Positions 1-12,151 of a stretch of 64,000 nt of DNA are shown here, in pieces. The notes beneath the pieces were generated by a model. That model had not been told where the DNA came from and made no database searches. It saw only the letters and a list, made by a program, of their open reading frames with translations. Each line of letters starts with the position of its first letter. The first letter of the stretch is position 1. The DNA is from Lama guanicoe (taxonomy: Eukaryota), in contig MU053810.1 of NCBI GenBank assembly GCA_013239625.1, positions 4,806,071-4,870,070 of the forward strand. Reading direction: 5' to 3'. Both the position numbers and the translations under genes were made by a program.

Positions 1-469
1 GGAGTGTGATCCTTAGAAGAATGGAAAGAAAGGAGGTGACACATATAAATGCCTCAGCTTTCTGTCTGGGGACAGTTTTTAGATCGTGATGCAGAGAGGC
101 ATAACCCAAACAGAGCACTGACCATCCAACTGAGTTGAGGATAAAGAGTTGAAGAAGCTAGAATTTTTGGAGTGAGTACCGAGTAAGAGGCAGCTCTGTG
201 GAGAAAGAATGATGTAAATCTGTGGATCTCTTGTCGACTAATAAGCCAGGCATGTGTACTGTGAAAGACCACTAAGCCAGGCACAAAGTGGGAGGCTGCA
301 AGCTAAGAAATTCCCAGAACTCACACCGGGCAGGGAGATGTTTTTGTCTTGACCAGCAAGAGTAAAGAGGTTTTATTGATTCCCCGGGGCATTCAGTGGT
401 GATCAGAGAAGGGCTATGCTTCAGTCTTAGGACTAAACTAGCCTTAGAGTAAAGGCTATTCACTCTGAA

Positions 470-2410
470 AGCTTAAACACAAGCTTCCAAAAAAATAAAA
501 ATGATCCACAAGGAACTGAACTGTCTGCCAAAGCCAGTCCAAAATCTGTAAAGGAAAAAAAACAAAATCCAGTATTCCATGTCCAGCATCCAGTCAAAAG
601 TTACTAGACATGTGACGATGCTGAAGAATGTGACCCATAACCTTAAGAAAAATCTGTCATTGGAAACCAATCAGAAATGACAGAGATCATGGGATCACCA
701 GCAAGAGCTTTTTTAACAGCTAGGATAATTCTCAAGGATTCAAAGAGAAACATGAACACAATGAGACCGAAAATAGGAGATGTTAAAAGTATCTAAGTGG
801 AGCTTTCAAGAGCTGAAAAACACAACATCTGAACAGACTTAATGGAATGCTAGTCACAGCTGAAACAAAATATCAGTCAGCTTGAAAACATAGCATTCCA
901 GGTATCCAAACTGAAGGATAGAGAAGAAAAAGGCTGTTCAGAAAATGAACTGAAACTTAATGATTTTTGGAACAATATTAGGTGGTCAAAAGGGGAAGAG
1001 AAAATTACTAGAAGAAATAATGGCTGAAATTTTTCCAAGTTTGATGAAAGCTCTATATCCACAGACCAAAAAAAGTCAGTAAACTCCTAGGATAAGCAGT
1101 AATGGAACCACACTAAAGCATGTTGTAATCAACGTGCTAAAAACCAAGGAGAAAGAGATACATCTTACAAGCAGCTAGAGGGAAGTGGGGGGACACATTA
1201 CATACAAAGAACCATAGATAAGAACACTGAAAAACAAAACAAAAAAATTCACTCTAACTTCTCCTCAGAGACCAGACAGAAGTTAAGTAAAAAAATAATG
1301 GAATGACAGCTTTAAACCACTGAAATTAAAAAGCTCCTTCAGAAAATAGAGGACACTTCTCAACTCATTTTATGAAGGCAGCATTACACTAAAAGCAAAA
1401 CCAGTCAAAGGTATTAAAAGAAAGCCACAGACCAATATGCCTCATGAAAATATATGCAAGAAAACTTTAATAAAATATTAGCAATTGAATCCAGCAGTTT
1501 TAAAAAAGGATCATACGTTATCCTGGATTTTATCCCAGAAGTCCAAGACTGTTTTAGTATGAAAAAAAAAAAGAATCAATGTATTTGAACTTTCAGCAGA
1601 ATAAAGGAGAAAAATCATATTTCAACAAATGCAGAAAAAAGTAACAAAATTCAATACCAATGATAAAAAACACTCAGTGCTCTTGTAATAGAAGGAAATG
1701 CCCTTAACCTGATAAAGGGTGTTGGAAAATTCTACAGAAAGCATTATAGTTAATGGTAAAACACGACCATACTCCCTACAAAGTCAGGACCAAGGCCAAA
1801 GAAGCCGCCTGTCACTTCTGCTTAACTCTGCACTGAATGTCCCTGCAAGCACAGGAAGGCTAGAAAAGGAAAGAAAAGGCGTATGGATGGGAAAGTTAAA
1901 AGTGTAATTGGCATTACTCACAAGTGACTTTGCAGTCGTGATTGTGTACCTATCAAACCAAAAACATGCTCTCAGAAATAAATGAATGTGAGCAAGATCA
2001 CCAGAATCAAATCTACATGTATGGGATTTAGAATACCCCTCCGTGTGAGAAAGAATGAGCTGCTGAAACTCTCATCAGCGTGGCTGGGTCTCAAAAATAA
2101 TAGATACGGAAGGAAAGAAGCCAGACACACAAAATTTCACTTTGCACAATTCCATTTGTATGACATTCTAGAATAGGAAGGACTAAGTGTGGCGGTATAT
2201 AAAGCAGATGGGTGGTTTCCATGAGCTGGGGGTCGGGAGGTGGAGTGCAGAGAGTCATGAAGGGATTTGCTAGGGTGAGAACACGTTGTCCACCTTCTTA
2301 GTGGTGCTTCCATTGGTGTATGCATTTGTCGAAACTCATTGATCTGAGCACTCAAAACAGGTACATTTTATTGTCTCTAAACTATACCTTAATAGAGTTT
2401 TTTTTTAAGT
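470..2410 (+). mobile_element. Old, fragmented LINE-1 (ORF1/ORF2 remnants and 3' UTR)
   Basis: A-rich strand with L1 ORF2-like phrases (caactcattttatgaaggcagcattacact, agaccaatatgcctcatgaaaatatatgcaag, gcagaaaaaag...aaaattcaatacc) and an L1M-type 3' end. No intact ORF. Confidence 0.75.
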
Positions 2411-2894
2411 TGTTTGAAACTTAGAATCCCTGCTAAGCAAAAATAAATGTAATGATTTGAAGTGCTAGTGACTAATTTATTTGAAACACTTAGTGAGAGA
2501 TGTTGATCCGCATCCTGCCTTCAGCATGGCTTTTTACACACCCTGGGAGGAAGTCCTGGAGACAGCAGCAAGAATGCCAGGTGGGGAGGGTGGGGGACCA
2601 AGGGACAGTGGAAAGAGCCTATACACGTCTTTATTCCTTCATGATTAACTCATTGTTGCCTGTGCGCCAGCCAGTGTGCTATGGAAAATTCGCTTTTTAG
2701 TCTCTCTAGCTGGCTCTGGTAGGGCTTCTCTTTCTGGAAAGGAGGATCATACAGCTTGGAACTCCAGTCAAGTCTCTCCCTGCCTCCCCATTGAGTGCAG
2801 TAATGTGAATGTGATCTGACCATGTTAACCAGTTGAATAATTTGAATATTACACACAGTTGGGTTCTTCTGATATGTCCATAGGCTTCTCGGGA

Positions 2895-3041
2895 ACATTA
2901 TACATACTATCCGCGGTTGATTGGATCCATAGATGCGCAACTGCAGATATGGAGGGCTAGCTGTAAAGTTATACCCAGATTTTTGACAGCACAGAGAGTA
3001 GGCACCCTTAGCCTCTGCATTGTTTTCAAGGGTCAACTGTA
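2895..3041 (-). mobile_element. Tigger2/MER8-like DNA transposon fragment
   Basis: Ends in caagggtcaactg-ta (reverse complement of the CAGTTGACCCTTG terminal inverted repeat plus TA target). Confidence 0.6.
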
Positions 3042-5827
3042 TTGTCATTCATTTAGCAAATACGTATTGGGTACCTACCATGTGCCAGAAACTGCTTGTG
3101 GCTGGGAATAAAACATATTGTAGTCTAGTACTCCCTATTTAGCAGATGGTGATTGGAAAGATACTGGATTTAATTTGAAAGACATGGTTCTTACACTGAT
3201 TCTACCCTGCAATTGCTGAGTGACTCTGAACAAGTCAGTTAATCTCTCAGGGCTTCACATCTCCCATCTTTCAAATTTCAAGAATTTGAAATAGTCTAGG
3301 AATAATTTCCAGCTTGACAGCCACTGTCATTAGCTACTGCTGACTGGACCATAACTTTATTCGAGCTTGTATGTGAGATCTGGGCAGGAGGCTTAGCTGC
3401 ACAGGACTGTCCCACACAGCTCACAGCACAGTGATACCTATCCACTCAAGAACCCTTTTCTTCGACCATGGTGCTCACCCTTGGTGTCACATCAGAATCA
3501 TCTGGGGACTTTAAAAAAAAAAAAAAAACTCCTAATGCCAAGCCTGCATCTCAGCCCAGTTAAGTCAGAATCTCCCAGGGATGGACCTACTAGGAGTCAG
3601 TCACGTTTAAACACATTTAATCGTCTACTTATTTGTCCCTTTCATATCCATTAACATTCACCCCCCCCAAGCCCCAAAGAAAGTAGGTCTGGAAGATCTG
3701 ACACATGGCACTGAATTTGATAACCATTTTGATAACAGCTGGTGTTGCTGTGTGTATTTCATAACAGCTGCATTCAGAGCAAGTCAGGGCATTAGCACTG
3801 AGCTCAAGGCATATCTGAGTCCATGGGTCACCCCATATTTCTACCATCTAGGAAAGAATTTTGGGTTCTTCATTGTCTGTTATTACCAACATTATTGTTT
3901 AACTTAATTCACACAGTCAATAAGTATTTGTTGACTGCATGCTGTGTGCCAGGCACTGTGTCCTGGAGACTCTGTGGAGAGCAGAAATTAACCAGGTGGT
4001 GGGAATAACACGTGCAAAGTCCCTGTGGCAGAAAGGGGGTTGGCCAGTCAGAAGAACTGAAAGGATGGTCACGTGGCTGGAGCAGAGAGGGTGCTCGCTG
4101 CATGCAGTGGGAGGAGGCTGGCACTGTGGGAAAGCACCAGACCGCCCACGCTCCGTGGGCGGAGTTGTAGCTGCAGGGATCATGGGAGGAAGTTGCCGTC
4201 TGTGCATCGTCTCCAAACGTGTTGCCTTTCAGCGGTATACTGACTGACTAACTCTTTTTAAGACCGCAATAAAAAGACATTATTAGCAAGAACAGTGTGC
4301 AAGCATGCTCATGAGTCATCTAGAGGAGGTCACCCAAGAGTGGCACGTTTTTATTTGATTCCCTCCCAGGCAGAACCGCACGCCCCACCCTCCAGGTTTA
4401 TGCTCCCTCATAACAGTAGATCATATGCACTGAGGGCCAGGTTTGCACCCAGCACTGTGGTAAGCACTTCATTGCCTCACGGAATTTCCACTACCAGCCT
4501 GTGAGATAGGACTATTACTGTGCTTTTTTATGGAGAGACACAGAGAGATGAATAATTCACCCACAACTGCACGGCTACAAAGTGGTAAAACTGGGAAATG
4601 GGCCCAGGCAGTCTCTCGTTGGATGGCCAATTGATCGTGGTGCTGTGTTGATGCTGAAACATGATGTTGGCTCTGCTTGGGGCTCATTTGAAATGTTTTC
4701 ACCTTTATTCAGAGAAAATAGAAGCTACAATGAGGTTTCAAGTGGATAGTAACACGGTCCAATGGCATCTCCCCCCACCATGTGCTCAGATAATAGACAG
4801 GTTGACAAAGATGTCATCACTCCTAGGAGGTGACACACAATACGTGAAACCAGAAAATGAAGGAAACAATAATGTTTAATTGAAATTTCAGGGGAACTTA
4901 GATACGATATAATAGGTATAACATAATTACTGGTTTTGAGGCTGATTGAATGAATTCACTTGATGTATGTGCTGTCAGAAAATTATCCTGCCCCTGGGAA
5001 GCACTTAATGCCTTCTTGGAAACAGGACTCAAGTGTTTGGCTAGATTTTTGTGAAGCCTGGATTCAAACCCACACATCCTGCACTCTGGGGTGAGTAACA
5101 AGAGGGCTCTGGAAACTACGTGGAAAATTATATGGAAACTGTGGCCTTAGATATGCAAGCAGCCTATGTGTAATGCAGGGAAATGAGTTCTTTGCCAAGA
5201 GCCTTGGGCTCATGTGGGTTCATTATCATTGCCTCTGTTGACATCAAGTCTTGTGTTTTAATGGTCTGGGATTATCTGGTATTTGGTACATGGACCCATT
5301 AACAGGGACACAGATTCTCTTTTAACTGATATGCTGAAATAGTCCGTAGTCAAATCAACATTGGGTGAGAACCTTTCTATACCAAGCAGTAACTCATTTA
5401 AGTCCCACCAAGAGAACTGAGTCTCGATCCTTAGAGATGAGGAATGGGAGACCAAGAGGAATGTGCCCAAAGTCTCACAGTGCATCAGGGACAGGGTTTA
5501 GGGTTTGAGCCAAAGCTGGTGCTCATATAATAACATGCCAGTGAGAGTTTACACCCATTATCCAGGATGCATTACCAGTGTGGAGAAAGGATCCTGTTTT
5601 TGCAGACGCGGACGTGAAAGTCTGGTTGTCAGCTGGCGGCTAAAACTCGAATGTTGGCTGAGGCAGCAATATTGTATACAGTCTGTGCTCCCTTCCGTTT
5701 CTCATTGAAATAAAGATTCTGCTGCAGGGCTGTTCACTCAAACTCACTCCTGAGGACTGCTGGGCGCTCCGGCACGTCTGTGTCCACCCGGCAGAGCCCA
5801 GGGAGCTCAATTTCCTTTGTCCAACAG

Positions 5828-6003
5828 CTGCAGAACCAGGAGCTGCTGCGGGCAATGATGAAGAAGGCTGAGCTGGAAATCAGCAGCAAAGTGATGGAGA
5901 CGATGAAGAGACTGGAGGACCCTGTGCAGCGCCAGCGGGTGCTGGTGGAGCAGGAGAGGCAGAAGTACCTGCACGAGGAAGAGAAGGTGGTCAGGAAGTT
6001 GTG
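5828..6003 (+). CDS. KIAA1217: KIAA1217 (SKT) internal coding exon, 176 nt, coiled-coil region (LQNQELLRAMMKKAELEISSKVMETMKRLEDPVQRQRVLVEQERQKYLHEEEKVVRKLC)
   Basis: Acceptor tttcctttgtccaacag, donor TG|gtgagt. Phase 0 to 2 joins in frame with the next exon. Peptide recognised as SKT/SRCIN1-family coiled coil. Confidence 0.93.
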
Positions 6004-6729
6004 GTGAGTGCAGCCCCTCACTGCATGTGTAGCTGTGCAACCTGCAAAGGAAACCTGTCTTTGCTAAAGAGGAGGCCCTTCCTACACGGTGCTCTCACCC
6101 TCTTTCTTTATGGAGCACCTACTGTGCACAGATAGAGTTCGGATGGTTCTGGGTCTCTGTGGACCCTTAGCCACTGTCCCTCCAGCCAGGTCCAGGAAAT
6201 CCAGCAATCCTCGGGGGTCTGAGCTAGTTTCTTTTGAAGCTGGAACATCACGCTGTTTTGCGGGGCTCAGCCACACATGAAATGAAAAGCAGCCAGTGGC
6301 AAAACCCCAGTGATAAATGGGAAGTCTTCACTTCATCTCAATAAATTAAAACTAATAGCCGAAATAACAGGGCACTAAAATTACCCTACGATTATTCAAC
6401 GGTAGTTAAAATCGCAAAAGAAGAATTTAAATGTAGAGTATATCTGATCCAGAATGAAAGATGCTTCCTTGAACGTCACCAGTCTTCTGAGGTTGTTATT
6501 GAAAGCATCTGTCAAGTCCCAATATTGATACGAGCAGAGGGTTATTACTCCCCAGTCACTGGGGCAGACCCATCTTTTATGTTAATGTATGTTTTGTTAT
6601 GCGATAAAGATTTATCATAGAACCATTTTCATCTTTTAGTGAACAGTCTTTGGCTTGAGTTCTTCTAGTGTTGGTAATTCTCTCTCTCTCTTTTTTTTTT
6701 TTGAGTTCTTCAAAGCCATTTTGATTGAT

Positions 6730-7130
6730 TGATTTTTTATTTAAAAAATGTCTATACAATTTTTAAGGTGACATTCCATTTACAATTATTACAAAATAGT
6801 GGCCACATTCCCCACGTTGTACAATAAATATGTCTTTATAGCCTGTCTGATACCCAACAGTTTGTACCTCCCACTCCTCCACCCTTATGTTGCCCCTCTC
6901 CTGTTCTTCCCACCAGTAACCAGGTGTTTCTTTTGTATATCTGTGAGTCTGCTTCTTTTTTGTTATGCATTCACTAGTGTGTTGTATTTTTTAGATTCCA
7001 CATATAAGTGAGATCATACAGTCTTTGACTTATTTCACTTAGCATAATGCACTCCAGGTTCATCCATGTTGCTGCAAACGGCAAAATTTCACTCCTTTTT
7101 ATGGCTGTGTAGTATTCCATTGTGTATAGG
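6730..7130 (-). mobile_element. LINE-1 3'-end fragment
   Basis: gacttatttcacttagcataatgcactccaggttcatccatgttgctgcaaacggcaaaatttcactcc is a typical antisense L1 3' segment, with a T-rich tail on the left. Confidence 0.8.
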
Positions 7131-10069
7131 TAATTCTCTCATTTCTTGGAAAGCTTAAACCTCCCAAGTTGGGATTCTAAGGGGACAACTTTCAAATTCT
7201 TTTTATGACCAGAATCACCAGAAGTCTACATGATGGGGAAAGTTATATGCTGTATCTCCAATTTGATATTCTAATTGTAACTCATGTCACCTCAGATGCC
7301 AATCCAATGTGTCTGATTAAAATTAGAATATCCCTCTTAGCAGACTAGAGAAAAAATATAAATTTGAGATACAAATTTCCTAAGAATTCAGTTTGACCAC
7401 TCTTCATCAACATTTTAAAAATAGCCTCTAAATTTTGATTTAGTTCATGCATTTATAGACAGCTAATCACCCACCATGAGGTAATAAGGTTATTATTATT
7501 TGTCTGAAACCATTTCTGTGACAGCCCAGTTGTCTACAACTAGGTCACAAGGTCCTTCTGGAAACTTCTTTTTTAAAAAATACAGCCTTTTAAATAATAT
7601 GTCTATAGAATTTCCAATTAAATTATGAAAAAGTAAATGCCCTTCCTTTAAAAATTGTGTTTAGTGGTTAACTTGCTTCTGGCCTAGAAGAAGCGTCCCT
7701 GATCTCAATAATACCCTGACACTAACAGCCCAGTGAAGGAATGAGTTAGGAAGGGGCGTGGAGTAAACCAATATGAGAGGACTTAATGTGGCCAGCGTTG
7801 TGGGACAGTCACATGTGAATACAGTGTGTACAGGACACCTGAAGAACTTCAGTGGGGCAAAGCAGAACACAGGAGTATGTGATGGCACAAAACAGGTGAA
7901 CTACAGGTGCGCCAGGTGAAAGGAGAAACTGCTTCATGCCCCAGGGGTCGGGAAGACTTACCCTGAGTTCTGGCTTGCACCATGTGCCCCCAAGCCAAGG
8001 GTGGTACCATGTGCATTGGTTTGTTAAACTGAACTGAGATGGCCTTGAAGCCAGGTGGGAATTCATCAGTGGAGGCTAGAGAAGGGGCCTCCTAGGCAGA
8101 GGAGCCCGAGAACCAGTAAGTGCCAGGGCCAGGAATGTGCAGGATGTCCTTGGAGAAGTGGGGATAGTCCAGATTGGCAGGTGAGCTGAGTGCAGGATGC
8201 TTATCATGTCTCGTACTGGGGTTGAGCCACTCCCATTTGCATGGTGCCGGCCCATATCTAGACTCTACTCACGCCCAGCTTGCCTGCTTGGTATCTCTCT
8301 GGCCTGTGTTTATTGCGATTGGAAGATAATGCAACAGAAGCCTGGATTTTTGGCTTTTTGTGCAAGTTCCTGGGTCCAACGCCTAGATTCAGAACTTCTC
8401 TGGGTGGAGCTTAGGAATGTGCACTTCACAAAGGTATGGGGGAGTTTCTGAAGCATCTTCACATTTGAGAGTTACTGCCTGGCCTGGTGAGGAAGTCACT
8501 GGAACTTTTTGATCAAGGAAGTAAAAGGAGCTGTATTTCAGATACAATCACGTGCAGAACCGATTGTGGGAGAAAGAGACTGGCATCAAGGAAGCCATGT
8601 TGGAAGTGACTACATAACGGTCCAGACAAAAACCCGTAAGGCCCAAATCAAGTAGAAGTAGGGATGGGAAAATAAATCAAATACATAATGGACGAATTGG
8701 TTGGATCAGAGTGGTGAGAAAGAGTGGGTTATAAAAGACAGCCTGAAATTTCAACTCTGATATGTCAGGAAAACATTCAATTATGTCTTCCTTCCCCTCC
8801 CCCACCTCCCAACTCCTCCTTTCCCTGCCTCTCTCCTTACACATACACACACACATACATACACACACAGAGGAAAGTAATTTCTCTTGGGAATCATGTT
8901 AGGGAAGGTTGTTGGTGAGCCATTCAGATGGCAGAGAAATGAAATTTGGGTCTAAAACTATGGCAAGAAATTGGATCAAGATAATTTCTCTCTGCTGGGT
9001 TTCTATGTGGACATAATAGGTGGGCTTCTAATAACAGATGAAACCTGTCTCAACAAATTAATGCTGCTTTTTAACCACAGTAGAATGAAAAGCACCTTCA
9101 ACAAACAGAATGGATTTACCTAGAAACCACAGCATCTTTGAATGTCTGACACTCTTCCTGAGCAAAGTTCACATCTGTGAAGTCTTACTGATGACTGTGA
9201 TGTTGAAAATGTATTCTTAGCACTCACTTTAGCTCCATGGCCTCTGACTAAGTTTCATGTGAATGCTTTATCTGTAAATAGATCTCAAACATGAATAGAA
9301 GCAACATTGTTGTGTACAGTAACATCCATACACGTTTGTGTGTGTTCCATGAGCAACAGAGGAAGAGCTGTGACATTTAAGGGTCTCCTGAGTGCAAGGC
9401 TATGAAACCCAAGAGGCACACTGTGTAGAAGAGATTAAAATAGAATTTTAGGCAGACTGACTTTGGATCAGCTGACGGCTCCTTGGAGTATTAATTGCAA
9501 CTTGGCAGGCTTGTGTGTTGTTAATGGAACCATGATAACATTAGGGTCTTAGTTCTTCCATCAAAGCTTAAAAAAAAGCTGGACAGTGTGTCCAGTCTAC
9601 ACATGAACATAGTTCTGCTTGGTAACGGAATGGGAAAGAACTTTTCCACACAGAGGTACCATATTTGGGCCTTTATGATGGATAGCACACCTTCCCTCCA
9701 CCTCAGGGATGCAGTAGCCTTAGGAAGCTTCCTATGGGCGAGTTCACACAAAACCAGTTACCTTTCCATAGTTTGCAAATGAGGACATTGAGCGGGTGAG
9801 ACTTTCCAACTTTTGGTCCTGATGTTGCATCATTTCATTGGAAGCGGTCGTAGGCAATTTGGTTCATAATAGAATGAAAGACATCACCAACCACTTCATC
9901 CCCCTTCTTGGAGGTAGATGAATTTGTCATTTGCCTGTGGTCCTTGTTGAATGCGTGTGATATCCTGCCTGACATGGGACAGCTGCCATGCCATCCACCG
10001 CTCCATCGTCTGGCCCACCTGGTGGGCAGGGTCTGGGTGAGCCATGGTACCTTCCTATTTTTCCTCCTA

Positions 10070-10345
10070 GTTTTATTGAGATGTAATTGACAAAGAGCAC
10101 TGTGTAAGTACAGCATAATGATCTGACTTACACGCATGAACTTACTGCCACAGGAAGTTTAGTGAACATCCATCATCTATAGATACAAAATTAAATAGAA
10201 AAAAAAGTTTCCTTATGATGAGAACTCTTAGGATTTACTCTTAACAACTTTTATATATAACGCACCGCCATGTTAATTATATTTATCACGTTGTCCATTA
10301 CATCCCTGCACTTACTTATCATATAACTGGGAGTTTGTACTTTTC
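10070..10345 (-). mobile_element. LINE-1 3'-end fragment (artiodactyl L1MA-like); a related fragment lies at ~34600-34760
   Basis: ttttattgagatgtaattgac...ggaagtttagtgaacatccatcatct...gagaactcttaggatttactc. A near-identical phrase occurs at 34700-34740. Confidence 0.65.
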
Positions 10346-10398
10346 TTGTCCAGCAGCCTGAGCCACAGAAGATGCCCGCCCTGGAAAGCTGTTCATTT

Positions 10399-10415
10399 AC
10401 TGCCACCTAGTGGTT
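10399..10415 (-). promoter_or_regulatory. Candidate CTCF site
   Basis: TGCCACCTAGTGG is the reverse complement of CCACTAGGTGGCA, a close match to the CTCF core. Confidence 0.55.
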
Positions 10416-10734
10416 TTCAAATCAAAGCTCTCTTCCAGTTTCTTTTAGAGGGATTTTTCAGTCTTGTCAGATTTACCTGCAAGCTGAAATGACGCATACA
10501 TCTGTTTAGGGTGGGGTTATTAATGTGCCAGGAGACAGAATGCCGTTCCTGGTGTGTTCATTTGTTGAAGTGGAAGACCTTAATTTAGTTCTTTTGGGAC
10601 TGGCAGTACCCTCAGAGGTGAGTGTATTGTGCACACACACACGCCCCAGAAATCAGATCTGTGATCATTTCTTCTCTTTGTGGCCTGGAGAGGACACTCA
10701 ATCCTTATTGGTGGGACAGTCAGTATAAACCAGA

Positions 10735-10952
10735 AATTCTCGGTCAGGTGCAGTTTTGTTCCCCTCCCCCACGGACATTTCACAATGCCTGGAGACATTC
10801 TTGTTTGTCACAGGTTGGGGGAGGGGATGCTCCTGGCATCTAGTGAGTAGAGGCCGGGGATGCTGCTAAATATCCTACAGTGCACAGGCAGCCCCCCACA
10901 AAAAAAAGAATGACCTGGCTCCAATGGTCAAGTGCCAAGGTTGAGAGGCCTG
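10735..10952. mobile_element. MER20-like hAT-Charlie DNA transposon
   Basis: ggacatttcacaatgcctggagacatt...ctcctggcatctagtgagtagaggccggggatgctgctaaatatcctacagtgcacagg matches the recalled MER20 core. Confidence 0.8.
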
Positions 10953-11342
10953 CTACAGGGCCATCTGGGCGCCTCATTTTGCTCCAACACAGCTTTCTCT
11001 CCGCTGCACATTACAGAGTGCACACACCCACCTCTTAGTTGGCATCAGCACCACTTAAAATGAAGAACTGGGTCCATTGTCAGCCAAGTGGCCAACCTGC
11101 GCCCCCCCCCGCCCCCGCCTCCCGTGGACAGCCCTGGGAGAGCTTCCTCGCGCCCACCTCACACCGCAGCGGGCTGTCTTAACCAGACCAAGCTACTCCT
11201 CTACCCCGTGCTTCCCCCGTCTCAGTGGGAGCCGAGGGAGGGGCCGGGATGCCGTCCCCCCGGGACGGGAGCCCTTGCCCCTGCACTGTCTTTATTGAAA
11301 GCTTCGGTGCTCACTCCACGAACGGTCTGCTCCCCCCGCCAG

Positions 11343-11473
11343 TGACCTGGAAGACTTCGTTGAACACTTAAAGAAGGACTCCGCGTCGGCCAGCCGCGTG
11401 GTCACTCTAAAAGACGTGGAAGACGGGGCCTTCCTCCTGCGCCAGGTGGGCGAAGCCGTAGCTTCCCTGAAAG
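11343..11473 (+). CDS. KIAA1217: KIAA1217 coding exon, 131 nt (DLEDFVEHLKKDSASASRVVTLKDVEDGAFLLRQVGEAVASLK)
   Basis: Acceptor ctccccccgccag, donor AAAG|gtgagc. Phase 2 to 1. Absent from the ORF track; found by reading. Confidence 0.93.
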
Positions 11474-12003
11474 GTGAGCGGCCTCCTTGGAGGCAGAAGT
11501 CTTAAGCGCGATTCCTGAGGTGTTTAAAGATCTGTCAATACTGAAGGAGTCACTCACGCCTGCGGGGCAGCCCGTGTGCCGGGTGCTCCTCTGGGCGCTT
11601 GGGATACCTCATTCAACGAAACAGGCAAGCACCCCTGTCTTCCTGGGGCCGACACCGCAGAGAGTGCTGTGATGCTTAGGACTAAATGGTACCAGTAACA
11701 GTTTCTCTTCTCTGGGCTCTTAACAATGCACCAGGGCATCTGTGACAAATGTATTAAAGACAGTCCAAGGGATGCTTGAACTTGTCCCTGATTTACAGAC
11801 AGGAAATGAGACCTAGCGGGTCTCCGCCCTCGCCCGAGCTCACGTTGAACCCAGCTGCGGCCACTGCCTCCTGAAGACGCGTGAGCCGCGCGGTGGAGGG
11901 CGAACCCCGCGCCTCTCAACCCTGTCCGGTGTCCGGGTGCGGGGCAGGGGGCTTGCTGTTCTGGCCTTTTCTCCTACAGCTCACCACTGCTCTTGGCCTG
12001 CAG

Positions 12004-12151
12004 GAGAATTCCCAACCTTACAAAACAAGATGCGAGCCATCCTGCGCATAGAAGTGGAGGCCGTGCGGTTTCTGAAGGAGGAGCCGCACCGGCTGGACAG
12101 TCTCCTGCAGAGAGTGAGGAGCATGACGGACACTCTGACCATGTTGCGGAG
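12004..12151 (+). CDS. KIAA1217: KIAA1217 coding exon, 148 nt (GEFPTLQNKMRAILRIEVEAVRFLKEEPHRLDSLLQRVRSMTDTLTMLR)
   Basis: Acceptor ctcttggcctgcag, donor AG|gtgacc. Phase 1 to 2. Motif conserved in the SKT/SRCIN1 family. Confidence 0.94.
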